Origin: Candidatus Poribacteria bacterium
Lineage (GTDB): Bacteria > Poribacteria > WGA-4E > UBA9662
NCBI GenBank assembly: GCA_046582655.1
Contig: JAYGDX010000024.1
Coordinates: 1-34,541 of the forward strand
Direction: 5' to 3'
DNA: 34,541 nucleotides
In this document: piece after piece, positions 17,211 through 27,563 of the stretch
How positions within the stretch are numbered: the stretch's first letter is position 1
How the letters are laid out: each line of letters opens with the position of its first letter
Made by a program: the position numbers and the translations under genes
The notes under the pieces: generated by a model
What the model was told of the DNA's origin: nothing
Seen by the model: only the letters and a program-made list of their open reading frames with translations
Databases searched by the model: none

Positions 17211-19088
17211 ATGACAACTCCGCACACAAACGTGACGCCCCGCGCCATCGTTCTCGGTATCCTACTGATCCCGGTCAACACATACTTCATCATGTGGAAC
17301 CACCTTAAGTATTGGAGTACGCTACCGACGACGATTTCGCTAATTTACAACGCGATTATCTCCTTGATAATCCTTGTCAGTCTCAATTTCCTGATTCAGC
17401 GATTTGCTCCACGTTTTGCCCTGAAGCACGGCGAATTTATGACAGTGTACGTGATGCTCTCGGTGTCGTCTGCGCTAGCGGGACACGACATGATTCAAAC
17501 GGTGATGCCAACCATTTCGGATGGTTTCTGGTTTGCTACGCCCGAAAATGAGTGGAAACAGCTTTTCTGGAGACATCTCCCTTCATGGATGGTGGTAGAT
17601 AATTTCTCGACTTTGGAGGGATTCTATGAGGGCGAAAGCACGTTTTACACGCCACACCATTTTCGACATTGGATCTGGCCAACGGTCTGGTGGACGGCAT
17701 TTCTGACAGGGCTTACCTGGGTGATGATCTGTTTGTCAGTGTTGCTCAAGAAACAATGGATTGAACACGAACGATTGTCCTACCCAATCATTCAACTCCC
17801 CTTGGAGATGACCCGCCCCGATGGACGACTGTTCAAGTCGAAAATGATGTGGCTCGGATTCGCTATCGCGGGAGGAATTGACCTGATCAACGGCTTGCAT
17901 GTCTTCTTTCCCGTTTTCCCGGAAATCCCCGTGCGTCAAGCGGAGATTGGGCACTACTTTACCGAAAAGCCATGGAATGCAATGGGTTGGACGCCGCTTT
18001 ACATCCTCTCGTTTGCCGTTGGTCTCGGATTTTTGATGTCGTTGGAAATGTCATTTTCCATATGGTTTTTCTACTTTTTCTGGAAATTTGAACGCGTGTT
18101 AGGCAAAGCACTTGGATTGGCAGCATTACCCCGATTTCCCTACGATCAGTCGCAAGTCATGGGAGGCTATCTTGCGCTGTCATGCCTGGCCCTGTACGGT
18201 GGCCGGCGTTACCTGCTATCGATTTTCAAGAACCTATTTCGGTCAGAAGATGACGAAGGCCACCCAAGATGGGCAGTGTGGGGGTTGATTGGCGGACTCA
18301 TCTTTTTGCTAACGTTTTCCTATCGAGGCGGCATGTCACTCTGGACGGCCGGATTCTACTTTCTGTTTTATTATCTGCTATCAATTGGAATCACACGTGT
18401 TCGGGCTGAAGTCGGCCCGCCGACGAACGAAGTGAGCGCGACGCCCCACGATTTCCTCGTTGATGTCTTTGGCTCGCGACAACTTGTGCTTCCAAGTTTA
18501 ACGATGATTCGGCTCTATATGACCTTCAACCGTGGCTCGCGCGCACATGTCATGCCACACACACTTGAAGGCTTTAAAGTTGCGGATGCAGTGCGGCTGG
18601 ATGCCCGCCGGTTGGTCTGGGTGATGGTTCTGACAACGATAACCGGTACACTTGCTGCGTTCTGGGCCTATCTCGACGTCGGCTATCGAATCGGCGTGGT
18701 CAGCGATCTCGGCGTGGGCGGATACAACGCCCTGCGAGGCTGGATTTACCATCCCACAGACACCGACCTTGTCTCAGTTGCATTCATGGGTGTAGGGGCG
18801 TTGTTCGTCGGGCTGCTCTGGTGGTTGCGGACACTGTTTTCGCTCTGGCCATTTCACCCAGCGGCATATGTCATTGGAAGCAGCAGCTGGACGGTCGGTT
18901 GGCTTTGGTTCTCAATCTTCATCAGTTGGACAGTTAAAGTAACGCTACTGAAGGTTGGCGGTATCCGGCTCTACCGCAAAGCATATCCGCTATTTTTGGG
19001 ACTTCTTCTGGGCGAATTTACGATTGGCGGAGCATGGGTACTCATTCGCCTGTTTTTTGGCGTAACCGTCTATTCATTCTACCGTTGA
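17211..19088 (+). CDS. DUF6785/DUF6784-like polytopic membrane protein, paralog 2
   Basis: 625 aa. ATPENEW, WIEHERLSYPIIQLPL, RVRAEVGPP, MPHTLEGFK, WPFHPAAY, GLLLGEF. Confidence 0.87.
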   Translation: MTTPHTNVTPRAIVLGILLIPVNTYFIMWNHLKYWSTLPTTISLIYNAIISLIILVSLNFLIQRFAPRFALKHGEFMTVYVMLSVSSALAGHDMIQTVMPTISDGFWFATPENEWKQLFWRHLPSWMVVDNFSTLEGFYEGESTFYTPHHFRHWIWPTVWWTAFLTGLTWVMICLSVLLKKQWIEHERLSYPIIQLPLEMTRPDGRLFKSKMMWLGFAIAGGIDLINGLHVFFPVFPEIPVRQAEIGHYFTEKPWNAMGWTPLYILSFAVGLGFLMSLEMSFSIWFFYFFWKFERVLGKALGLAALPRFPYDQSQVMGGYLALSCLALYGGRRYLLSIFKNLFRSEDDEGHPRWAVWGLIGGLIFLLTFSYRGGMSLWTAGFYFLFYYLLSIGITRVRAEVGPPTNEVSATPHDFLVDVFGSRQLVLPSLTMIRLYMTFNRGSRAHVMPHTLEGFKVADAVRLDARRLVWVMVLTTITGTLAAFWAYLDVGYRIGVVSDLGVGGYNALRGWIYHPTDTDLVSVAFMGVGALFVGLLWWLRTLFSLWPFHPAAYVIGSSSWTVGWLWFSIFISWTVKVTLLKVGGIRLYRKAYPLFLGLLLGEFTIGGAWVLIRLFFGVTVYSFYR

Positions 19089-19195
19089 AAACAGAATCTG
19101 TGACTGCCGACTCGGACGAGTCAGTGACTTTGGAGAGAACCCCAACGTTAGTTGGAGGACTCAATACATCCACTTTTGATTCTAATCGGTGTTCT

Positions 19196-21094
19196 ATGGA
19201 TCAGCCAAATCGACCTCGCCTGACCGCCAAAGCCCTTTTGGTGGGGGCGATTTTAATTCCGTTAAATGCCGTTTGGCAGATGATTGGCCTTCGTTGGGAC
19301 ATCGCTCACATGTCAATGATCTCGTTGCTCTACAACACCGTCACTCTCCTGTTTTTAATGACGGTATGGAGCCGTCTCACTGAACGGATCGTCCCCAGTC
19401 TATCCTTCTCTCGTGCTGATCTACTTGCCATCTATACCATGGTTTCCCTCTCTACCGCTATCGGAGGTCACATGTGTGTGCAGATGTTACCCCCGATCAT
19501 TAGCTACGCCTTCGCTTATAATTCGCCAGAAAACGATTGGCAAGCTCTCTTTTGGCACTACATTCCCGATTGGACCTCAATCCGAGATCGGAACGTTGCC
19601 CGCAATTTCTTTACGGGTCAATCTACCCTCTATACTCCAGAGCGTCTACAAGCATGGCTGTCACCTCTCGTCATCTGGGCTCTGTTTCTACTAGCTCTGT
19701 TTTTGGTGATGTTAAGTATTAATTTCCTTGTTAGGAAACAGTGGATTGAACACGAAAAACTCAGCTATCCGCTGATTCAGTTACCATTATTGTTGACTAA
19801 CCGTCGGTCGAATTTACTTGGCAATAAGTTGATGTGGATCGGGTTTACAATAGCTGCCAGTATCGATCTTTCCAACGGATTAAACGACCTATACCCAAGT
19901 TGGCCACGGATTGCAGGAATTCGCGGTCATGACATTTCACGTTTGTTTACCACTCGTCCATGGGATGCGATTAATTGGTTGCCCTTTGGCATCTATCCTT
20001 TTGCCGTTGGGTTGGCTTTTTTCATGCCGTTAGATCTCTCTTTTTCCTGTTGGTTTTTCTACCTCTTTTGGAAATTGCAACAGGTTTTCGGCCGATCCGT
20101 AGGTTTTGAGCACGATTTTCCTTATCCACATGAGCAGTCGTTCGGCGCCTATGTCGGACTCGGATTGAGTGCGATTTGGATTAGTCGTCGGCACCTGTCC
20201 CAAATCGTTAGTGTGGTTTTTTCCAGCTCGACCACTATAGATCAAAGCCAAGAACCATTTCACTATAGATCTACAGTCTTGATGGCCGGCATCGGTTTAA
20301 TCTTTCTATTTGTCTTTTGTTACCAACTCGGCATGTCGATCTGGGTAATTTTGATTTTCTTCTGCTGTTATTATGCCCTAGCCATCGGCGTAACTCGGAT
20401 GAGGGCAGAACTCGGTTCGCCCGTTCACGATCAGCATTGGTGTGGACCAGATCATATGATGTATATGGCTTTTGGCACACGACGACTGGGGCCGCAGAAC
20501 CTAACCGCCTTATCATACCTATACTTCTTTAACCGATCCTACGACTGCTTATTAATGCCACACCAACTGGAAGGGTTAAAAATCGCTGAACAGGCTAAGA
20601 TCGAAAACCGAAAATTTGCGGGTGCCATCCTGCTGGCTATTTCGATCAGTCTGCCCATAACCATCTGGGCCTATATGCACATGTCCTATCGAGATGGCGT
20701 CTACACTGGGTGGGTTGGACGAGAGTCGTTCTATCGACTCAACGGCTGGCTCAACAATCCATTGAAGGCCAATGTACCAGCTCTGACCGCTTCAGGAATT
20801 GGGCTGTTGGTTGCCTTTCTACTGACTATGATGCGAGCCAGATTTTTCTGGTTTCCCTTTCACGCTGCTGGCTATGCCGTCACCAGCACCTATACCATGA
20901 ACTTTTTCTGGTTTTCGATCTGGATCAGTTTTGTCATCAAATCAATCTGCTTGAAACAGGGGGGACTGAAATTTTATCGGCAAGCAATCCCCTTTTTCTT
21001 AGGACTCGTATTGGGTGAGTTCGTGGTAACGACCTTTTGGGGAACATTGGCCATGATCTTGCAGCGGCAAACCTATATCACAATTGACCTATAG
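19196..21094 (+). CDS. DUF6785/DUF6784-like polytopic membrane protein, paralog 3
   Basis: Likely start MDQPNRPRLTAKALLVG, by alignment with paralog 2; the ORF track starts at 19034. SPENDW, WIEHEKLSYPLIQLPL, RMRAELGSP, MPHQLEGLK, GLVLGEF. Confidence 0.87.
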   Translation: MDQPNRPRLTAKALLVGAILIPLNAVWQMIGLRWDIAHMSMISLLYNTVTLLFLMTVWSRLTERIVPSLSFSRADLLAIYTMVSLSTAIGGHMCVQMLPPIISYAFAYNSPENDWQALFWHYIPDWTSIRDRNVARNFFTGQSTLYTPERLQAWLSPLVIWALFLLALFLVMLSINFLVRKQWIEHEKLSYPLIQLPLLLTNRRSNLLGNKLMWIGFTIAASIDLSNGLNDLYPSWPRIAGIRGHDISRLFTTRPWDAINWLPFGIYPFAVGLAFFMPLDLSFSCWFFYLFWKLQQVFGRSVGFEHDFPYPHEQSFGAYVGLGLSAIWISRRHLSQIVSVVFSSSTTIDQSQEPFHYRSTVLMAGIGLIFLFVFCYQLGMSIWVILIFFCCYYALAIGVTRMRAELGSPVHDQHWCGPDHMMYMAFGTRRLGPQNLTALSYLYFFNRSYDCLLMPHQLEGLKIAEQAKIENRKFAGAILLAISISLPITIWAYMHMSYRDGVYTGWVGRESFYRLNGWLNNPLKANVPALTASGIGLLVAFLLTMMRARFFWFPFHAAGYAVTSTYTMNFFWFSIWISFVIKSICLKQGGLKFYRQAIPFFLGLVLGEFVVTTFWGTLAMILQRQTYITIDL

Positions 21095-21266
21095 ATCTGA
21101 TATTTGGTGTGGTACCCTGACTACGCGCCATATAAATTGGCACGGACAACAGTTTATCCAACTTGTTAGCGAAAAGCGAATGACCTTGCCGATGTATGCA
21201 CGCATACATCAACTTTAGTTGGCTATTACACCTTATCAAAGTAGGTCTACGAGTAGGCATTGCCCA

Positions 21267-21314
21267 TTGATTGGCGGTTCCGACCCACGACGAAACGGTT
21301 ATGCTATCGGCTAG
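21267..21314 (+). pseudogene. Relic C-terminus of a GGT-family gene
   Basis: Translates as LIGGSDPRRNGYAIG*, matching LVGGSDPRRDGYAIGW* of the intact GGT at 16524-16574 but with many synonymous differences. Confidence 0.8.
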
Positions 21315-21395
21315 CAACCCAAATTGTAACAGAAAGCTGATCTATCTTTCGACAGGCACGCAACTGCTTGGCATTACTTGGCACAAAAACTTGGG

Positions 21396-22607
21396 TTAAG
21401 CCACTAAGATCTGCTCGTATACACGCATGTGCTCACCCTCTTTTTCTTCCGGATCAACCAGCTTGAGCCAAACCGCTTGAGTTTCCGTCTCACCACTTAG
21501 ATGCTGAACCCCTCCTGCTTGTTCCGGATTGGAGCCGTTCCAAACCACTTCCTCGTTCTGAAGAAAGATATAGGAACCCGCATAACGGTCGACTAATCGA
21601 TTAAAGTTATCTCGGTAAAATAGTGCCTGCTGACTAGCGGTACTACGCAGGCTTGCTATCTTCTCACGGGAATCGAGTTCAACCGAGTCAAACTCCGCTA
21701 ATGGCGGTTTAAGATCTCCCATTTCAAAATCAATCTCATCCAGATTAACCGTGCCGAAGCCATGCTCTGCCGCTACTGCTATAGGACTGCGGTCACGACG
21801 GTAGGGAGGATTTGGCCAGTCAGAAGATGGATCTGTTCCCATCAGGTAGGTTCCACAAGCATCTGTGGCAATCACCTGATCCCCGGCAATTAAGGCATCG
21901 CAGATACGACCTTCACCACCCCACTCCCGTTTGGACTGACCTGTTAATCCATCAATGATGTTCAAACAAGGTTGCGTGATCAACCCCAGATCAGGCAGTA
22001 CATGTGACAGACGAATCACATGGTGAAAATAGGTTCTAAGCCGTCCATGAGGTAATATAGGCGGTAGTCCAAATAGATTCTTGAGACATAACGTAATTCC
22101 CATGAAGGCATGACTTTTCATCTTCGCGATGGAAACAAAGGCATCGGCTTCTGCCAAGGTGGCAGAGAGTTGATACTCGGTAAACATCAGGCCACCACCC
22201 GGAACTTTGTAGCGTTCAAACGGCGGATCTCCTGCTTCCACATAAGGAATATTGAGCTCTTCAAAGAGAGGGCGCATATTAAAATCCGATCCAGGGCGCT
22301 GACCACTGGGGGCTGTACTGGTGTCGATGATGAAGATTTGGGCGTCTGTTCGTTCCTGTAAGAGCCGCAAGGCAGCGCGTGTAACATCATCATCTACCAA
22401 TTCTTGTCGTCTACCCCCAATTCGACGAATACTATCAGTCCGCATCTGCATGTTAACCTTGACACCGATTTTGCTGGCTTTTTCCAGTTTTCCCCACGAA
22501 CGGTTTAGCGGAGTTGTTATTGTTTTCAGCCGTTCATAGATCTCTTCTTGGGATGACTTATGACTACAGCGGATGGCACGGACTTTGTAAGGCTTTTCCG
22601 AAGACAT
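21396..22607 (-). CDS. DUF362 domain protein
   Basis: KIGVKVN, AKMKSHAFMGITLCLKNLFG, LNIIDG, D.IATDA. C-terminal extension without ferredoxin Cys motifs. Confidence 0.85.
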   Translation of the reverse strand: MSSEKPYKVRAIRCSHKSSQEEIYERLKTITTPLNRSWGKLEKASKIGVKVNMQMRTDSIRRIGGRRQELVDDDVTRAALRLLQERTDAQIFIIDTSTAPSGQRPGSDFNMRPLFEELNIPYVEAGDPPFERYKVPGGGLMFTEYQLSATLAEADAFVSIAKMKSHAFMGITLCLKNLFGLPPILPHGRLRTYFHHVIRLSHVLPDLGLITQPCLNIIDGLTGQSKREWGGEGRICDALIAGDQVIATDACGTYLMGTDPSSDWPNPPYRRDRSPIAVAAEHGFGTVNLDEIDFEMGDLKPPLAEFDSVELDSREKIASLRSTASQQALFYRDNFNRLVDRYAGSYIFLQNEEVVWNGSNPEQAGGVQHLSGETETQAVWLKLVDPEEKEGEHMRVYEQILVA

Positions 22608-22789
22608 TTTAGAACCTCGTTTTAGTTTTATCTGTTTAATTGAAGGGGCCAGACTAGCTTAGCACATAATTAAGTTAAGTTAGATAAATATATTTTAGGT
22701 GAGTTGATGCATAAGGGAAAACAAGAAAAGAGATTGATTCAGACGTAACTGTACCTCTCAAGTTCCTTTTAACCTCATCAGCAAATCTA

Positions 22790-22798
22790 TGATATAAT
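22790..22798 (+). promoter_or_regulatory. Candidate extended -10 promoter element for pepF
   Basis: TGATATAAT (TGn-TATAAT) in an AT-rich divergent intergenic region about 95 nt upstream of the start. Confidence 0.4.
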
Positions 22799-22892
22799 AA
22801 TGCGGTTTTTACTGGTATGTAAGTGGTGTTTAGCCATAATTGCTTAATTGAGTATTGCAATTGTTCCTAAATAGTAGGCAGGAGTAAATTCT

Positions 22893-24689
22893 TTGAGAGC
22901 AGAAAATGAAAACAAACTACCGATTTGGGATCTATCCGATCTCTATCAGGGCATTGATGACCCAGCAATAGATCGGGATCTTGACCAAATCACAAAACAT
23001 TCAATCACCTTTGAAGAAAAGTATAAAGGTAAAATAGCCAGCGAAAGCCTAACGGCAGAATTTCTTAAATCGGTATTAGTTGAGTATAAATCGTTGCTTG
23101 AAATATCTGCTAAACCCAGTTGCTTTGCCGAATTACTTTTCTCAACAGATACAACGAATACCAAACACAGTGCTCTCTTGCAGCGCACACGTGAAGTAAG
23201 TTCAGTCGCCTCGTCACACCAACTCTTCTTCGATTTAGAGATCGGGCGAATTCCAGACGGAATATTCGATCAAATCATCGATTCACCGCAACTAGACTCG
23301 TACCGCCACTACCTTAAGCACCAGCGGGACGTTACCAAACATAGACTGTCAGAAGCCGAAGAAAAGATACTAGAAAAAACAGCAAACACACGTGGACAAG
23401 CATTCACCAGATTTTTTACAGAAATCACGTCACGCCAGGTGTTTAAAATCGGAGCAGAAGGTTTTACTCAAAGTGAACTTTTGGTGCGATTTCATGATCC
23501 TGATCGTGAAAAGCGAAGAATCGCCGCCCGTTCTTTAACTCATGGATTGAGGCAGAATGCTCACAGTATCAATTTTATTTTTAACATTTTGCTCCATGAA
23601 AAGCAGGTTATTGATCAATTGCGTAACTTTGAATTGGCTGAGACTTCAAGGCACGTGACCAATGAAGTTGATCAATCTATGGTAGATACGGTAGTTGAAG
23701 TTTGTGTCAAAAACTATAATCTAGTGGGAGAATATTATCAGTTAAAACGGCAACTGCTCGGTATTGAAGAATTAACCCATTATGACCGATACGCACCAAT
23801 TGCAGACGAACAACTCCGAATTTCATTTGATGAAGCAAAACAGATCGTGCTTGAAGCTTATGGCGAATTCTCACCTGAGCTAGCAAAGAGAGCCGAACTC
23901 TTCTTTTCAAAATACTGGATTGATGCCGCACCAAAGGCAGGTAAACAGGGCGGGGCATATTGTATGAAAGTTACGCCTAATCTACATCCATATATCTTTA
24001 TGAATTATACTGGAAGTTTACGCGATGTTACCACGCTTGCTCATGAACTGGGTCATGGTGTTCACAATCTGCTAGCCAACCAACAGAATATCTTAAATTA
24101 TGGTTCGGTATTACCAATGGCGGAAACTGCCAGTACATTTGGTGAAATGCTCGTATTTGAAAAGCTCTTAAGCCGCATTGAATCGCCGCAACAAAAGCTG
24201 AGGCTAATATCCAGTCAAATTGAAGGAACTATCGCCGCTGTTTTTCGGCAGATTGCTATGTTTCGTTTCGAACGTGTTGTCCATCAACTTCGACGTCAGC
24301 AAGGGGAACAATCTGTTGAGACTTACTGCGGTTTATGGCAGGAAACACAACAAGAAATGTTTGGTGATTCACTTCAGTTGGGTGAAGATCATAAGTGGTG
24401 GTGGCTCTATATTCCACACGTGTTTCAAGCTGCATTCTATGTTTATTCTTATGCTTTCGGCGAGCTGTTAGTGCGGTCACTATATGCGCAATACCGTCGA
24501 GAAAAGGAATCTTTTATCCCCAAATATTTTGACCTTCTGAGCGCAGGCGGATCCACTTCACCCAGCGAACTTGTTAGCAACATGGGATTCGATATTAGCA
24601 ATCCAGATTTCTGGCAGAGTGGTTGCGACCTCATCCGCCAACAGGTTGAACAGGCAAAACAGATATATCGAAATCTTAACTACAAATAA
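22893..24689 (+). CDS. pepF: M3B family oligoendopeptidase F
   Basis: WDLSDLY, GKQGGAYC, HPYIFMNY, zinc motif TLAHELGHGVH, AETASTFGE, FYVYSYAFG. AGGAG RBS before TTG. Confidence 0.93.
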   Translation: MRAENENKLPIWDLSDLYQGIDDPAIDRDLDQITKHSITFEEKYKGKIASESLTAEFLKSVLVEYKSLLEISAKPSCFAELLFSTDTTNTKHSALLQRTREVSSVASSHQLFFDLEIGRIPDGIFDQIIDSPQLDSYRHYLKHQRDVTKHRLSEAEEKILEKTANTRGQAFTRFFTEITSRQVFKIGAEGFTQSELLVRFHDPDREKRRIAARSLTHGLRQNAHSINFIFNILLHEKQVIDQLRNFELAETSRHVTNEVDQSMVDTVVEVCVKNYNLVGEYYQLKRQLLGIEELTHYDRYAPIADEQLRISFDEAKQIVLEAYGEFSPELAKRAELFFSKYWIDAAPKAGKQGGAYCMKVTPNLHPYIFMNYTGSLRDVTTLAHELGHGVHNLLANQQNILNYGSVLPMAETASTFGEMLVFEKLLSRIESPQQKLRLISSQIEGTIAAVFRQIAMFRFERVVHQLRRQQGEQSVETYCGLWQETQQEMFGDSLQLGEDHKWWWLYIPHVFQAAFYVYSYAFGELLVRSLYAQYRREKESFIPKYFDLLSAGGSTSPSELVSNMGFDISNPDFWQSGCDLIRQQVEQAKQIYRNLNYK

Positions 24690-25747
24690 TGAAGCATCAA
24701 CTGTCACCTCTTAGTTGTGTTTATTCTCCTAACCTTCCTGAACTTCTCAATTACATTGGATGCACGCTGATTATCAGCACCTACCAAGCTGGAAAAATTA
24801 TTTTTATCAGTGCCATCGACACTCATAATCTGATTCAGCTGTCGTTTGGTTTCCATAGACCAATGGGGGTAGCTGCTACCGGTGATTTGTTGGCGGTGGC
24901 AACACGCGATACAGTTGAAGTTTTAGCTGACAGTCCAGAATTAAGTTCTGCTGATTTTAAGCGGTTCGGTATGCACGATCGGCTGTATGTTCCACAAAAA
25001 ACTTACTTTTCTGGTGAAGTCAACATGCATGATATCGCTTGGGGTGATGATGGTTTGTGGGGAGTGAACACACTCTTCTCATGCCTTGTTCTGGCTAATG
25101 AGACACTTTCCTTCGAACCCAAGTGGTTTCCTTCTTTCATCACCGAGTCCGTTAGCGAAGACCGATGCCACATAAACGGTCTCGCACTAGAGGCAGGTCG
25201 GCCACGTTACGTAACAGCACTAGGTGAGTCTAATGTAGAGAAAGGTTGGCGTTCGTACAAGGTATCGGGTGGGATTTTGATAGACGTCGAAAGTGACGAG
25301 ATAGTGCTTCGTAATTTGCCGATGCCGCATTCCCCTCGGATCTATGATGATGCGCTGTACTTTCTGTTATCTTCCACTGGCGAACTGGCACGTACAACAC
25401 TTGACACAGGAAGTTTTGAGATAATTGCACAACTACCCGGTTTCGCCAGAGGTATGGCCCGATATCAAAACTATCTTTTTGTCGGCCTATCTCGTCTACG
25501 TAAAAGTAGTCCAACTTTTGCTGACCTGCCGATCGCGCAAAGATCATTGTTCAGCGGTTTTGTGGTGTTAGATTTACAAAGTGAGCGTATTGTTGCAACA
25601 TTTAAGTATGAACATGGATGCGAGGAAATTTATGATATACAAATCATACCGGCCGTCTACCGTCCAGGAATATTGGAAAACGAGAAAGAGATGGAGCACC
25701 CTAACCGTCTAGAAGCCTGCCAAGAATACCCATTTCTTAACGCATAA
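24689..25747 (+). CDS. TIGR03032 / DUF4915 family protein (beta-propeller-like)
   Basis: ISTYQAGK, F.RPMG, HDIAW, VNTLFSCL, EDRCHINGLA, PRYVTALG, MPHSPR, LPGFARG, EEIYD. TAATG stop/start overlap with pepF. Confidence 0.85.
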   Translation: MKHQLSPLSCVYSPNLPELLNYIGCTLIISTYQAGKIIFISAIDTHNLIQLSFGFHRPMGVAATGDLLAVATRDTVEVLADSPELSSADFKRFGMHDRLYVPQKTYFSGEVNMHDIAWGDDGLWGVNTLFSCLVLANETLSFEPKWFPSFITESVSEDRCHINGLALEAGRPRYVTALGESNVEKGWRSYKVSGGILIDVESDEIVLRNLPMPHSPRIYDDALYFLLSSTGELARTTLDTGSFEIIAQLPGFARGMARYQNYLFVGLSRLRKSSPTFADLPIAQRSLFSGFVVLDLQSERIVATFKYEHGCEEIYDIQIIPAVYRPGILENEKEMEHPNRLEACQEYPFLNA

Positions 25748-25926
25748 ATTGGAACATGTGGACTCTCCCCTAAGATTTCGCCTGATCATTGATTATGATA
25801 TTATGAAGTTGGAAAAGAAAGCGTTATTATTTTTTTATTGATCGCCACTCTAACTTCGTTTCAAGCAATTCTTCATGAGGTGCTGCTTGCTTCACCGCTG
25901 AAAGCTATGCTATGCTGTGAACCCTT

Positions 25927-27066
25927 ATGTTGGCTTTACCGAAAGAGGACACTCATGCCAAATACCACTTAATTATGCCACCCAGCTATACCATCCCGAC
26001 CATTGATCTTGCAGACCAGACGCATCGACAGATCGTTGTGGATAAAGAAGAAGGCCAATATCTTGGTCACGTTTCGACGGTGCTGCTTGAAGATCAGCAA
26101 ACAATTATTGCTGTTTATCCAAAAGGACATGGCGGTGGCACAGTTGTCATGAAGAAGAGTTTTGACACTGGGTTGACATGGACAGAACGACTTGAAGTTC
26201 CAGAAAATTGGGCCACTTCAAAAGAGGTACCAACAATTCATCGTGTCGTGGACCGGCAAGGTGTCAAGCGCTTGATTCTTTTCTCTGGATTGTATCCGAT
26301 CCGCATGGCAGTTTCAGAAGACGATGGAGTTACTTGGAGCCAACTGGAAGCTATCGGAGATTTTGGTGGAATCGTGGCCATGGGTGATGTTGTCCGACTG
26401 CAAAACGGGAATTATATGGCCTTCTTCCACGATGATGGGCGCTTCCTTGATCCACAGAATCAGGCAGGGCAGACTCGGTTTGATGTATATAAAATCACCT
26501 CCGGGGATGGTGGATTAACGTGGTGTCAGCCAACAGTTGCAACGCATCATCCCGTCGCACATCTTTGTGAACCTGGTCTTGTCAGATCTCCCAATGGAAA
26601 TCAGTTAGCAATGCTGCTGAGAGAAAATAGCCGCTAATTTAATTCCTTTGTGGTTTTTTCTGCTGATGAAGGAGAGAATTGGTCTAAGCCAATTGAGTTA
26701 CCAGCCACACTAACAGGCGACCGCCATACGTGTCGTTATACCAAAGACGGCCGGTTGATCATCGTGTTTCGGGATACCACTCGGGATAGCCCAACTCACG
26801 GGGATTGGGTGGCATGGGTTGGTCGGTATCACCATATTATCAACAGAGAAGAAGGACAGTATCGTGTCCGATTGATGGATAACAAGAAAGGTAGTGACTG
26901 TTGTTATCCGGGTGTTGAAATTTCACCAGATGACACTATTGTAACAACCACTTATGGTCATTGGATCGAAAACGAATCTCCGTTTATCGTAAGTGTTAGG
27001 TTTAAACTCGAGGAAATTGATGATTTATCTGACTTTCCACCGATTCTTATTTCAGTTTTGAGTTGA
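25927..27066 (+). pseudogene. BNR/Asp-box exo-alpha-sialidase-like protein split by a nonsense codon
   Basis: Asp boxes SFDTGLTW, SEDDGVTW, SGDGGLTW, SADEGENW. ORFs 25927..26637 and 26650..27066 are in the same frame, separated by TAA at 26635-26637 (RENSR*FNSF). The best SD (GAGGA) precedes an out-of-frame ATG at 25955. Confidence 0.85.
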
Positions 27067-27563
27067 GTAATTTAAACGCTTGGTGTGAGCTTCTGCAAGA
27101 CTGATTGACATAAACTTCAAGGGGGAGAAATACTATCTTATCCACACTAATAACGACATTTTGAGGAGATGATAACCGTTAATAGATCTATTTCTAACAG
27201 TTATCTATGTTATGGTCGATGATTTTCTAAAAAGCTAACCGCTTCAGATCAGAAGAGGTCCGACCGGGAAGCTCACTAATAGTAAAGCAGTGACCTTACT
27301 AATCCTTAGCCAATGGAGTTGATTTCGCAGAGAGAGATTTCTATCGTTTCGTCCAAGATCAACTGATTCCACTATCTCCCAACTTACCGATCCGACCGCA
27401 ACTCGACTGACGAAGCCTAGCGGAAAACATTGCTTGGATGGGCGCAATTCTGTGCCTGACAATGATCCGATAAATCTGGATTCGCTGATTTCTCGCACTT
27501 TGAAAAGTGTCAACCCAATTTTCGCCGAAAATGAACCTTCCCCGCGATCTTTGATCGTTTGAT

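Noticed and set aside
19034..19195. N-terminal extension of paralog 3 overlapping paralog 2
   Set aside because: Homology with the other paralogs begins near ATG 19196; the extension is probably open by chance.
27105..27136. TTGACA...TACTAT sigma70-like promoter
   Set aside because: Spacing is 20 nt, outside the usual 16-18.
27240..27470. Possible relic reading VDFAERDFYRFVQDQLIPLSPNLPIRPQLD*RSLAENIAWMGAIL, faintly like a ROK-family C-terminus
   Set aside because: Similarity too weak to call without blastx.
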